Positions 51,767 to 61,313 of a stretch of DNA of 64,000 bases are shown here, in pieces (the stretch's first letter is position 1; every line of letters begins with the position of its first letter). The position numbers were made by a program, and so were the translations under genes. Below the pieces are notes generated by a model. It searched no databases, was not told the origin of the DNA, and was given only the letters and a program-made list of their open reading frames with translations. This stretch comes from an uncultured Desulfobacterales bacterium (lineage in GTDB: Bacteria > Desulfobacterota > Desulfobacteria > Desulfobacterales > B30-G6). The stretch spans positions 78,162 to 142,161 of the forward strand of contig CAZWEO010000001.1 in NCBI GenBank assembly GCA_964633115.1, given 5' to 3'.

Positions 51767-52687
51767 ATGGAAGATATCATTATATCAGTTTTGAAACGAA
51801 CATTGATAGCCGGAACCCCCTTGCTGTTGGGCACCATCGGCGAAGTTATCTGCGAACGTTCCGGCATATTGAATTTAGGCGTTGAAGGTGTCATGGCCAT
51901 CGGCGCGGTTACAGCCTTCATCGTCACTTTCTATACGCAGAGCCCCTGGATGGGTCTTTATGCGGCGATACTGGCCGGGGTGGTGATATCGATGGTGCAT
52001 GCCTTTGCATCCATAACATTGCAATCGAACCAGGTTGTTTCCGGCCTGGCTTTGACCATGTTGGGATTGGGCATTTCCGGGTTGGTGGGAAAACCCTATG
52101 TGGGCAAACCTTTGGAAGTAAAAATGCAAACATTAGCCTTACCGATTCTCTCTGATATTCCCTATGTGGGTCAGATTTTTTTTGATCAAAGTCCCTTTTT
52201 CTATATGGCAATTATACTCGGGATTGCGGCCTGGTTTACACTCGAGCATACGCGCGTGGGCATTAAAATTCGGTCCGCTGGTGAAAATCCCAAAGCAACC
52301 GAAGCACAGGGAATTCGGGTTTCCTGGGTTCGCTATGCTTGTGTTCTGGCCGGCGGCGCCTTTTCCGGTTTGGCCGGTGCCCATCTGTCGATATCTTACA
52401 GCAGGTCCTGGATTGAAGGCATGACTGCCGGCCGGGGCTGGATCGTAATTGCCTTGACGATCTTTGCTCTCTGGAATCCCATGCGGGCCATGGTCGGCGC
52501 TTTTCTGTTCGGCGGCATTTTTGTTCTCCAGTACCTACTGCAGCCCTTGGGCATATCGCCCAACTTTCTAGCCATGCTGCCCTACCTGGCAACCCTGGTG
52601 GTGCTCCTGATAGTCGGATTGGGAGATCACCGCAAGCTGACTGCACCGGCGATGCTGGCGGAGCCTTACAAGCGTGGCGAACGCTAG
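51767..52687 (+). CDS. ABC transporter permease
   Basis: 306 aa, polytopic. Paralogous to the preceding permease. Confidence 0.85.
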   Translation: MEDIIISVLKRTLIAGTPLLLGTIGEVICERSGILNLGVEGVMAIGAVTAFIVTFYTQSPWMGLYAAILAGVVISMVHAFASITLQSNQVVSGLALTMLGLGISGLVGKPYVGKPLEVKMQTLALPILSDIPYVGQIFFDQSPFFYMAIILGIAAWFTLEHTRVGIKIRSAGENPKATEAQGIRVSWVRYACVLAGGAFSGLAGAHLSISYSRSWIEGMTAGRGWIVIALTIFALWNPMRAMVGAFLFGGIFVLQYLLQPLGISPNFLAMLPYLATLVVLLIVGLGDHRKLTAPAMLAEPYKRGER

Positions 52688-53299
52688 CCCGAAAATTTCA
52701 TTAACTTAACGAGAAATTCATTGGAATTCTCGGCATTCCAATGAAAGGCTAAACACTTTTATCGGCATGGTACGTATAAAACCACTTCTGCCTCGTACTT
52801 TCCATATTCACACGTTGCGCGCCATCTGAGGTTTTGAGACCATTTCTGCCTTGTCCCTTCCCATCCCTCGTTTTTCGATACTTAAAAGGCGTCCGTGTTT
52901 TTTCCTCAATATCAAGGCATTGAAGTAAGTTCTGGCTTCTGGGTATAGGAATATGAAACTTTAAGGTAAGGGGGGCAGATTGCCAAAGAACACCATTACC
53001 CATGAATTATTGTTCATGCGTTGTCGGAATTGGAATACACTGCAGTGCCCGCATCTGAAAAATGCTGTTATGGCTCTTGCAGCCATCAATCAGGAACATC
53101 TGTTTCTTTTAGCGGATGAGACCGTGGCAAAATTAAGGAAATTGTGTCGCTTATGTCCGGATTTCCAGAGAAAGTGAGCTAGACGAAACTAAAGAAATTG
53201 TGCGATTTTTAGCTTAGCCATTGCAATTAGATTGGTTTTTGGCTATGTCACGGGGCCGGATGTAGCAAGGTTCACGAAATCTCCAGAAAAGAAGGTACC

Positions 53300-53552
53300 A
53301 TGCTGGGAACCATCGTCAACACCGTGGCAATTATCGTCGGTAGCCTGCTTGGCTTTTTGCTCAAGGGCAGCATCGGCTTTAAAACCTTACCTGATTCCAG
53401 CCGTGGTGGCCCAAATGTCGGCCGTAGGCGGATTATTAATTCTGGCAATCGGACTTAACCTACTAGACATAAAAAAACTTAAAATTGGCAACATGCTGCC
53501 GGCGATTTTCCTGCCTCTCTTATATCATCTGATCTTGACCTTCTTAAAATAA
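53300..53552 (+). pseudogene. DUF554 (YdfK/YqgA-like) membrane protein remnant with large internal deletion and frameshift
   Basis: The ATG at 53300 gives MLGTIVNTVAIIVGSLLGFLLKGSIG, a family N-terminus. Another frame (ORF-track 53232..53552) ends ...VAQMSAVGGLLILAIGLNLLDIKKLKIGNMLPAIFLPLL, a family C-terminus. The central part of the protein is missing. Confidence 0.6.
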
Positions 53553-53619
53553 TATATGGGCTGCTAAACTCTGTTTTTCTTCGGTACATAATTTTGATAT
53601 CTTAAATAGCCGGGGAGTT

Positions 53620-54990
53620 TCACTTTGCGTTATAACTGGCAAGCTTACGCCTGAGCGTGTTAAGTCCAATACCTAAAATGCGGGCGGCTTGGGATTTGTT
53701 ATGATTTAGCTGATGATATACTTGCATGATGTGGGTTTTTTCAACCTCTGCCAGGGGAGCCAAAGGAGCTGCACCATCAGGAAGTTTTACCTTCTTGGCG
53801 GGCTTTGGGTTACCTAACGACCTGGGTAGGAACCGAGGGGCAATGGGCAAACCCTGGGCAAGGTTTACCGCGGACTCAACCATGGCCTTGAGCTCCCGAA
53901 TATTACCGGGGAAATCATAATTCATTAAAAGTTGCAGTGCTTCAGGTGTAATGAAATTTCCTTTTTCAAGATCGTAATGAGTGGCTAAAAAGGCTCTAAC
54001 CAAAAGGGGGATATCGATCTTGCGATCCCTTAAGGGCGGTAGATGCAGCCAGCCACCCCGGATACGGTAGTAGAGATCCTTCCGAAAACGGCCACGTCGC
54101 ATCCGTTTTTCTAAATCGGTGTTGGTGGCGGCCACAAAACGGACATCCGCAATTTGATCGGTGCTGGTACCCAGTTTGATATAACGGCCGTCCTGAATAA
54201 ATCGAAGCAGTTTTCCTTGCACCTCCATGGGCAACAACCCGATTTCATCCAGAAAAAGGGTGCCCTGGTCGGTATATTCCAAATAGCCCGCTCGGTTGCT
54301 CTCTGCACCGGTATAGGCCCCCTTGGCATGTCCAAAAAACTCAGCATCGAACAGATTACTATTGAGGGACGCCATGTTGATGGCCGTAAACGGATGCTTT
54401 TTTCTAGGGCTGGCCTGATGGATGGCGCGTGCCAATAGCTCTTTTCCGGTGCCACTTTCACCGGTAATGAGTATGGGAACATTGCTGGCAGCATGCAATT
54501 CGGCTTCTTTGAGAACCCGCAGCACACGATTGGATGTGGTGTTGAAGGCTTTAAAGGCGGCCTTGTTTTTTAATCGCGGGGCGGTCTGTTGCTTGGCAAT
54601 ATCTCGAATGTCCAGTAGCCGTTTGTGTTCCAAAGCGCGATGAACCGATAAGGCTAAATCCTGCCTAGAAACCGGCTTGAGCAGATAATCATAAGCACCG
54701 AGTTGTAAACAGGTCACTGCTGTGCGGGCTTCATTGACCGCTGTAATGATGATGCATTCAGTTAATGGGCTATGGTTTTTAATGATATCGAGCAATTCCA
54801 AACCGGTCATGCCCGGCATGGTCATGTCCAGCAAGGCCAGATCAAACTGTTTGCCTGACTCAATTCGTTCGGCCGCCTTTAAGGGATCATCTTCCAGAGT
54901 GATTCGCCGGAACTTATTTTTGCGTAAATGCTGTTTTTGGATATCCAGAAAATCACGGTCATCATCCACAATCAAAATTCGAGGCTCCAT
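53620..54990 (-). CDS. Sigma-54-dependent response regulator (receiver + AAA+ + Fis-type HTH; NtrC/AtoC family)
   Basis: The ORF track extends to 55146. The ATG at 54990 has an AGGAGA RBS and gives MEPRILIVDDD. Walker A GESGTGKE, GAYTGA (a GAFTGA variant), C-terminal HTH SQAARILGIGLNTLRRKL. Confidence 0.9.
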   Translation of the reverse strand: MEPRILIVDDDRDFLDIQKQHLRKNKFRRITLEDDPLKAAERIESGKQFDLALLDMTMPGMTGLELLDIIKNHSPLTECIIITAVNEARTAVTCLQLGAYDYLLKPVSRQDLALSVHRALEHKRLLDIRDIAKQQTAPRLKNKAAFKAFNTTSNRVLRVLKEAELHAASNVPILITGESGTGKELLARAIHQASPRKKHPFTAINMASLNSNLFDAEFFGHAKGAYTGAESNRAGYLEYTDQGTLFLDEIGLLPMEVQGKLLRFIQDGRYIKLGTSTDQIADVRFVAATNTDLEKRMRRGRFRKDLYYRIRGGWLHLPPLRDRKIDIPLLVRAFLATHYDLEKGNFITPEALQLLMNYDFPGNIRELKAMVESAVNLAQGLPIAPRFLPRSLGNPKPAKKVKLPDGAAPLAPLAEVEKTHIMQVYHQLNHNKSQAARILGIGLNTLRRKLASYNAK

Positions 54991-55116
54991 CGTCGGTCTC
55001 CTGAAGGGACATGCGATTGTCCGAGCCCGAACCTTTTTTTCCACGAAACGGAACGTTATCCTGACAATCATTAAGAATCTTCGGCAAGCAGCTTCACTAG
55101 CATTCATTTCGGCGTT

Positions 55117-55205
55117 GTGCCAAATTGGCCTATGCCAATTTGGCACATATCATCTTGCTTGCTGAAAACACAACCAAAAACCTGCTCCATATGCCAAAAT
55201 GGCAT
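55117..55205. promoter_or_regulatory. Three TGCCA-N3-TGGCA palindromes (candidate enhancer/UAS sites)
   Basis: gTGCCAAATTGGCc at 55117..55130, TGCCAATTTGGCA at 55133..55145, aTGCCAAAATGGCAt at 55191..55205. They lie in the divergent intergenic region, roughly 110-200 bp upstream of the -24/-12 promoter. Confidence 0.5.
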
Positions 55206-55244
55206 AATGTAATCTGCCCAAGAAATTTTGGGCAGATTACATTA
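55205..55244. repeat. 40-bp palindrome with perfect 16-bp arms
   Basis: TAATGTAATCTGCCCA (55205..55220) / TGGGCAGATTACATTA (55229..55244), with a mostly self-complementary 8-nt centre agaaattt. Confidence 0.6.
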
Positions 55245-55315
55245 ATAGGTAATAAGTTAATATATCTATCTAATATATTTGGAAATTAATCATCGGGGCA
55301 ACTGGAATAGAATCT

Positions 55316-55331
55316 TGGCACACTCATTGCG
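55316..55331 (+). promoter_or_regulatory. Sigma-54 (-24/-12) promoter of the metF-like/hdr cluster
   Basis: TGGCACactcaTTGCg. The GG and GC are separated by exactly 10 nt as in the consensus TGGCACG-N4-TTGCW. It lies 114 nt upstream of the ATG at 55445, with an AT-rich bendable stretch between it and the palindromes. Confidence 0.7.
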
Positions 55332-55444
55332 AAGATCTTTGTGTTAGCGGTCAGGAAATTACTTTTCCTGCCTCTGCTTTCATTTCGCCCCAAAAAATAA
55401 ATAGTACAATAAAATCGAAAAGATGTCTTAGTGGGAGGTAGACC

Positions 55445-56314
55445 ATGGGTCTGAAACAGAAACTAGATGCAGGGGAATTCGTTATACTGGCAGAAATGGA
55501 ACCCCCCAAAGGAGCCGATGCGTCGGCCATGCTTGCCAATGCGAAAAAGGTTAAAGGAAGTGTGGACGCCTTTGTTGTTCCCGAGATGAGTAACGCCGTC
55601 ATGCGTATGAGTTCCCTCGGTGGTGGTATGATTTTGCAGGCCAGCGGTATGGATGTGGTTTTTCAGGTTAACTGTCGGGATCGCAACCGCATTGCCATAC
55701 AAGCAGATCTCTTGGCCGCAAATGGTTGCGGGATTTTTAATATCATGGCTGTTAAAGGAGAGGATCCCAGCTTTGGCGACCATCATCAGGCACGTGCTGT
55801 GTACGACATCGATTTAGCAGAGTTGTTGGCGGCGATCCAAGGGCTCCAACAAGGGCGGGATATGGCCGGGATCGAACTTAAAGGTGCACCGTCATTTTTA
55901 GTGGGAACAACCGTGGATGCCGGTGCCCGGGATAAATCTCCGGAACTGATTCGGGAAGAGATGGATCAGAAAAAGGATGCCGGCGCGCAGTTTTTCATTA
56001 CACCCCCTTTGTTTGATATGGCCACCATCGAACCGTTTATCAAAGGTGTTGATCCCACCGAAACCAGAATCATACCCACAGTCCTGCTACTGAAATCTTT
56101 GGGCATGGCTCGCTACATTTCGCGTAATGTCAGCAATACATTCATCCCGGATGCATTAATTCAGCAGCTCCAGAAAGCGCCGGACAAGGTTAATGCGTGT
56201 ATCAAAATCGCTTCGGAAATGGTCAAAACATTAAAAAAGGAAGGTTTTTGCGGTGTGCAGCTTTCCACAATCGGATGGGAGGATAAGCTCCCGGCAATAT
56301 TGAAAGGGGTTTGA
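55445..56314 (+). CDS. Methylenetetrahydrofolate reductase-like protein (MetF paralogue 1, no adjacent MetV)
   Basis: 289 aa. MTHFR-fold blocks (FQVNCRDRNRIAIQADLLAA, FFITPPLFD). GGGAGG RBS. Confidence 0.75.
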   Translation: MGLKQKLDAGEFVILAEMEPPKGADASAMLANAKKVKGSVDAFVVPEMSNAVMRMSSLGGGMILQASGMDVVFQVNCRDRNRIAIQADLLAANGCGIFNIMAVKGEDPSFGDHHQARAVYDIDLAELLAAIQGLQQGRDMAGIELKGAPSFLVGTTVDAGARDKSPELIREEMDQKKDAGAQFFITPPLFDMATIEPFIKGVDPTETRIIPTVLLLKSLGMARYISRNVSNTFIPDALIQQLQKAPDKVNACIKIASEMVKTLKKEGFCGVQLSTIGWEDKLPAILKGV

Positions 56315-56324
56315 GGAATAAAAA

Positions 56325-59300
56325 ATGACAAAGCAATCAGGTGAGCACAAATCGGATTTGGTCGGTTCAGTCATGGTCGTCGGCGGCGGCATCACAGGCA
56401 TGCAGTCGGCCCTGGATCTTGCCAATTCAGGCTATTATGTTTATATGCTCGAGTCCTCTTCTGCCATTGGTGGACTCATGTCTCAGTTGGACAAGACATT
56501 TCCCACCAACGACTGTGCCATGTGAATTATTTCACCCAAACTGGTCGAGGTCGGCCGGCATCTCAACATCGAGCTTCTTACGAACACCGAATTGATTTCC
56601 TTAAACGGCGAACCAGGTAATTTTAGCGCCAACATTCGTCAGAAACCTCGCTTTATTGATTTAGATAAATGTACCAGTTGCGGGGAATGTGAAAAGGTCT
56701 GCCCCGTATCCCTGCCCAGTGAATACAATGAAGGCCTTGCAGACAAAAAAGCGGCATTCAAGCAATATCCCCAGGCAATTCCGGGGGCGTTTGCAATCGA
56801 TAAAAAAGGTTCGGCGCCCTGTAAGGTAAGTTGCCCGGCCCACGTGAGTGTTCAGGGTTTCATAGCCTTGATCCAGCAGGGGAAATACGAAGAAGCTCTA
56901 AAACTTTTCAAACAGGATCACCCCCTTCCGGGCGTCTGTGGACGGGTGTGCCATCATCCTTGTGAAGGTGCCTGCACACGCAATCAGGTAGATGATACTT
57001 TGTCGATCCAGTATCTGCACCGATTTCTGGCAGACAAGGATCTTGAAAGCGGCAAACCGTTTTTGCCCGAAAAGAAAGCCGAACGATCTGAAAAGATTGC
57101 TATCATCGGCGCCGGACCGGCCGGATTAACCTGCGCCTATTATCTGGCCATTGAGGGATATCAGGTAACCGTTTTTGAGAAGCTTCCGGTCCTGGGCGGC
57201 ATGCTGACAGTCGGGATTCCTTCCTATCGCCTGCCGCGGGATATTATTGAAAGTGAAATTCAGACCATCAAGGATTTGGGCGTCAAGTTTAAAACCGGCG
57301 TAGAGTTGGGCAAGGATATTACGGTGGCCCAACTGCGGGAAGAGGGTTTTAAGGCCTTTTTCATGGGCATTGGCTCGCATGAATGCAAGGTTTTGGGTAT
57401 CGAAGGAGAGGATTTGGAAGGGGTGTACCCGGGCATCGATTTTCTGCGAGAAGTCAACCTGGGCAATCGTGTTCAACTGGGTGAACGTGTGGCCGTGGTC
57501 GGAGGCGGCAACGTCGCCATGGATTCGGTCCGTACGGCCCTACGAACAGGCTCTAAAAAACCATTTGTAATTTACCGCCGCAGCTATGAAGAAATGCCGG
57601 CCAACGATGTGGAAATCGAAGAGTGTGGCGAAGAAGGCGTCGATATCATGACTCTGACCAACCCAATACGTGTGATCGGTGAAAACGGGAAGGTTCAGGC
57701 CATTGAATGTATCAAAATGGAGCTGGGGGAGCCGGATGCCAGTGGTAGACGGCGGCCCGTCCCCATTGAGGGCTCCGAATTTACCATGGAGGTGGATGCA
57801 GTCATTCCGGCAATCGGTCAGGAGAGCGACTGGGCCTGTCTGACAGACGAATGCGCCTGCACCTTGAGCGACTGGGGCACCATGCATGTGGACCCGGTAA
57901 CCCTCCAGTCAAGCGATCCAGATATTTTCTCGGGTGGCGATGCTGTGACCGGTCCGGCGACAGTTGTGGAGGCCGTGGAAGCCGGTAAGCAAGCCGCCAT
58001 CTCCATCGACCGTTTTGTGGAAGGTCAAGATTTGGCTGAGGGACGTGAAAAGCAATGGGTGACGGTGGATGACATTCCCTTGGATGATGCCGTTAATCAA
58101 CCCAAAGAAAAGATGCCGACCCTGGACGCCCAGGAGCGAATTTCAAATTTTAACGAAGTCCAGCTGGGTTTTGACGAGGGCATCTCCCAAAAAGAATCCG
58201 ATCGCTGTCTATCCTGCGGCATTTGCTCGGAATGTTACCAATGTGTGGAGGCCTGTCTGGCTGGTGCTGTGGAACATGAACAGGTGGTTGAAGAAAGACA
58301 GATTCCAGTGGGGTCGGTGGTACTGTCCACGGGCGCACGGCCCTATGATCCTGGCCATTTAGAACGGTATTATCACTATGGCACCAATCCCAATGTGATG
58401 ACGAGTCTGGAATTCGAGCGTATGCTGAGTGCATCCGGACCCACCATGGGACACCTTATTAAGCCATCGGATGAAACCGAACCCAAGCGGATCGCTTGGT
58501 TGCAGTGCATCGGTTCCCGCGATAACAACCAATGTGGCAATGGATACTGTTCTTCGGTTTGCTGTATGTATGCAATCAAGGATGCCATGGTGGCCAAGGA
58601 ACATTCTAAGGCAGACCTGGATTGTACTATTTTTAATATGGACATCCGAACCTTTGGGAAGGATTTTGAAAAGTACTATGTCCGGGCCAAAGACCAGGAA
58701 GGCGTGAATTTCGTCAAAGCACGCGTGCACACTATTGACGAAGTAGGCAAGGATAAGGATTTACGCATCCGCTACGCCGATGAGGCTGGTGAGCTGCAGG
58801 AAGAAATTTTCGACATGGTCGTGCTATCTGTGGGTTTGCAAGTATCGGAGCAGACCATCGATCTGGCTAAACGCCTAGACGTTGAGATGGATCCATATAA
58901 TTTTGCTGTAACCCAACCGTTTTCCCCAGTAGAGACCTCACGTCCGGGGATTTATGTCAGCGGATCTTTTCAGGAAGCCAAAGATATTCCCAGCTCGGTC
59001 TCGGAGGCCTCGGCTGCGGCTTGTGCCGCCGGCGCACGCCTGGCCGCAGTCCGCAATACCTTGACCCGAACGGTGGAACTGCCCCAAGAGCTCGATGTGA
59101 GTGAGGAAGAACCCCGTATCGGCGTCTTTGTTTGTAATTGCGGTATTAACATCGCCGGGGTTGTGGATGTGGCCGCTGTGGAGGAATATGCTAAGACCCT
59201 GCCCTATGTCACCTATGTTACCCAGAACCTGTTTACCTGCTCCCAGGATTCCCAGGACCAGATGAAGGATATTATCAAGGAACAGAATCTTAACCGGATT

Positions 59301-60779
59301 GTGGTGGCTGCCTGTACCCCCAAGACGCATGAAGCCATCTTTATGGATACGATCCGCGAATGCGGCCTCAACAAGTACCTATTTGAAATGGCCAATATCC
59401 GTAACCAAGGCTCTTGGGTCCATGCCAAAGAGGCTGATGAGGCAACTGAAAAATCAAAGGATTTGGTCCGCATGGCCGTGGCCAGATCAGCCACACTCAA
59501 TCCCTTGGGCGAAAAAACCATACCTGTCAATCAAAAGGCCCTGGTGGTGGGTGGTGGTATTGCCGGCATGAATGCGGCCCTGGGTCTTGCTGACCAGGGA
59601 TATGAGGTCTTTTTAGTGGAGAAGGAGAATCAACTGGGCGGTATGGCCAACAACCTAAAGGCCACCATTGAAGGTGCCCAAATTCAGCCCTATCTGACAG
59701 AGCTCCGGGAGCGAATCGGTTCGAATGAAAAGATTCAGGTGCTGACCCAATCGCTCATCGTAGGCTTCTCTGGCTTCAAAGGCAATTTCACAACCGAAGT
59801 ATTAGTGGGGCCTGGCATGTACGAGCGTAAGATCGAACACGGCGTCGTCATCCTGGCCACCGGCGCCAATGAATACCAGCCCAAAGAGTATTTGTACGGT
59901 GAAGACAAACGCGTGATGACCCAGGTGGAGCTGACCCAACATATGGAGAACCTGAAGTCGGGCTCATTGAATCAGGTGGTCATGATCCAATGCGTAGGCT
60001 CACGCAATGAAGAAAATCCAAATTGCTCGCGGATATGCTGCCAGAATGCAATCAAGAATGCTCTCCATATCCGCGAAGAACACCCGGATGCCAATATTTA
60101 TGTGTTGTATCGCGATATCCGGACCTACGGATTGTTGGAGGAGTACTATAAAGAAGCTCGAAAACAAGGCATTTTGTTCTTCCGCTATACACCGGATAAT
60201 CCACCCCAGGTGGAATCTTCAAAAGATGGGGTGAATGTCACCTTTCATGATCATGTGCTCAATCGACCCTTGCAGGTCAGCGCCGATGTACTGGCCCTGA
60301 GTGCCGGCATGGTGCCAGAGGATACGGCCGAGCTTGCTTCAATTGTAAAGCTGGCCAGAACCCCCGAGGGCTTTTTCATGGAAGCCCATGTCAAACTGCG
60401 ACCCGTGGATATGGCCACCGAGGGTATTTTTGTATGTGGCACTGCTCACAGCCCCAAACTGATTTCTGAAACCATATCTCAAGCCAATGCGGCGGCATCG
60501 CGGGCCATCACTTTCCTATCCCAATCGGAACTGACCCTGTCTGCCATTACGGCCGAGGTCAAACAGGACATGTGTGCCTCCTGCCTTGTTTGTGTGCGTT
60601 CCTGTCCCTATGATGTTCCCAAGATCAATGCCGATGGCGTCAGCGAAATTGATGAGGCCCTATGCCATGGATGCGGTGTATGTGCGGCCGAATGCCCGGC
60701 CAAGGCGATTGAGCTTAACTGGTATGAAGACGATCAATTGATTTGCAAGATTGAATCCTTGCTGGAGGGAGTCCTATGA
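56325..60779 (+). CDS. Giant HdrA-like flavoprotein (HdrL-type: HdrA module with inserted GltD/NfnB-like NAD(P)H module + second complete HdrA module), selenocysteine at UGA 56523..56525
   Basis: ORF-track pieces 56325..56525 and 56592..60779 share one frame, and the only stop between them is that TGA. Context [29 protein letters not shown] matches the HdrA Cys/Sec site. GltD-like [16 protein letters not shown]...[14 protein letters not shown]. Second module [29 protein letters not shown]-terminal 2x[4Fe-4S] CxxCxxCxxxCP. Confidence 0.85.
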
Positions 60780-61207
60780 GTCAAACATTTGAGCCGATTA
60801 TTATCGCCTTTTGTTGTAATTTCTGAGGGTATACGGCCGCGGACCTGGCAGGTTCCATGCGACTGACGTATCCGACCAATATTAAAATTATCCGGGTACC
60901 CTGCACCGGTAAGGTGGATATCCTGCATATCCTCAAATCCTTTGAAAAAGGAGCCGACGGTGTTTATGCGGTGGGGTGTATGGAAGGCGATTGCCACTAC
61001 ACCGGTGGTAATTTTAGAGCCCGTAAACGGGTCGAACAGGCCAAAAAGATTTTGGATACGGTAGGTGTGGGCGGAGAACGGGTGGAAATGTTCAATATGG
61101 CCTCCAGCGAAGGCCCCATGTTTGCAGAGGTGGCTGTGGATATGGTGAAAAGGATCAAGGCGCTGGGGCCCAATCCCATCAAGCTACCCAAGAAGGATGC
61201 AGCCTAA
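60776..61207 (+). CDS. mvhD: MvhD-like [2Fe-2S] protein, selenocysteine at UGA 60824..60826
   Basis: The ATG at 60776 overlaps the upstream stop (ATGA), and GGAGGGAG is the RBS. Translation [32 protein letters not shown]... continues in frame into ORF-track 60857..61207. The motif corresponds to the FxCNWC-xY-xxADLAG block of MvhD/VhuD. Confidence 0.85.
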
Positions 61208-61313
61208 TCGCGCTGGAAGCGCTCAGTTCGCTGCTGTGACACCATGAAATATAACTGGTTACGATGTTAACCAATAACCGATTTGAAATGACCCAATCAA
61301 AGAGGATGAAATT

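Noticed and set aside
52749-53177. The 84-aa (minus) and 65-aa (plus) ORFs as real genes
   Set aside because: They have no RBS and no family resemblance, they overlap each other, and they lie in a region showing gene decay. They are mentioned under the decayed-patch finding only.
54991-55146. N-terminal 52-codon extension of the sigma-54 EBP ORF in the ORF track
   Set aside because: The extension has no RBS and a non-protein-like composition, and it covers the palindromic sites. The internal ATG at 54990 has an AGGAGA RBS and gives a canonical receiver start, MEPRILIVDDD.
55141-55162. A second sigma-54-like sequence, TGGCACatatcatcTTGCttgc, inside palindrome 2
   Set aside because: GG and GC are separated by 13 nt (or 17), not the required 10 nt. 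The TGGCA is better explained as a palindrome half-site.
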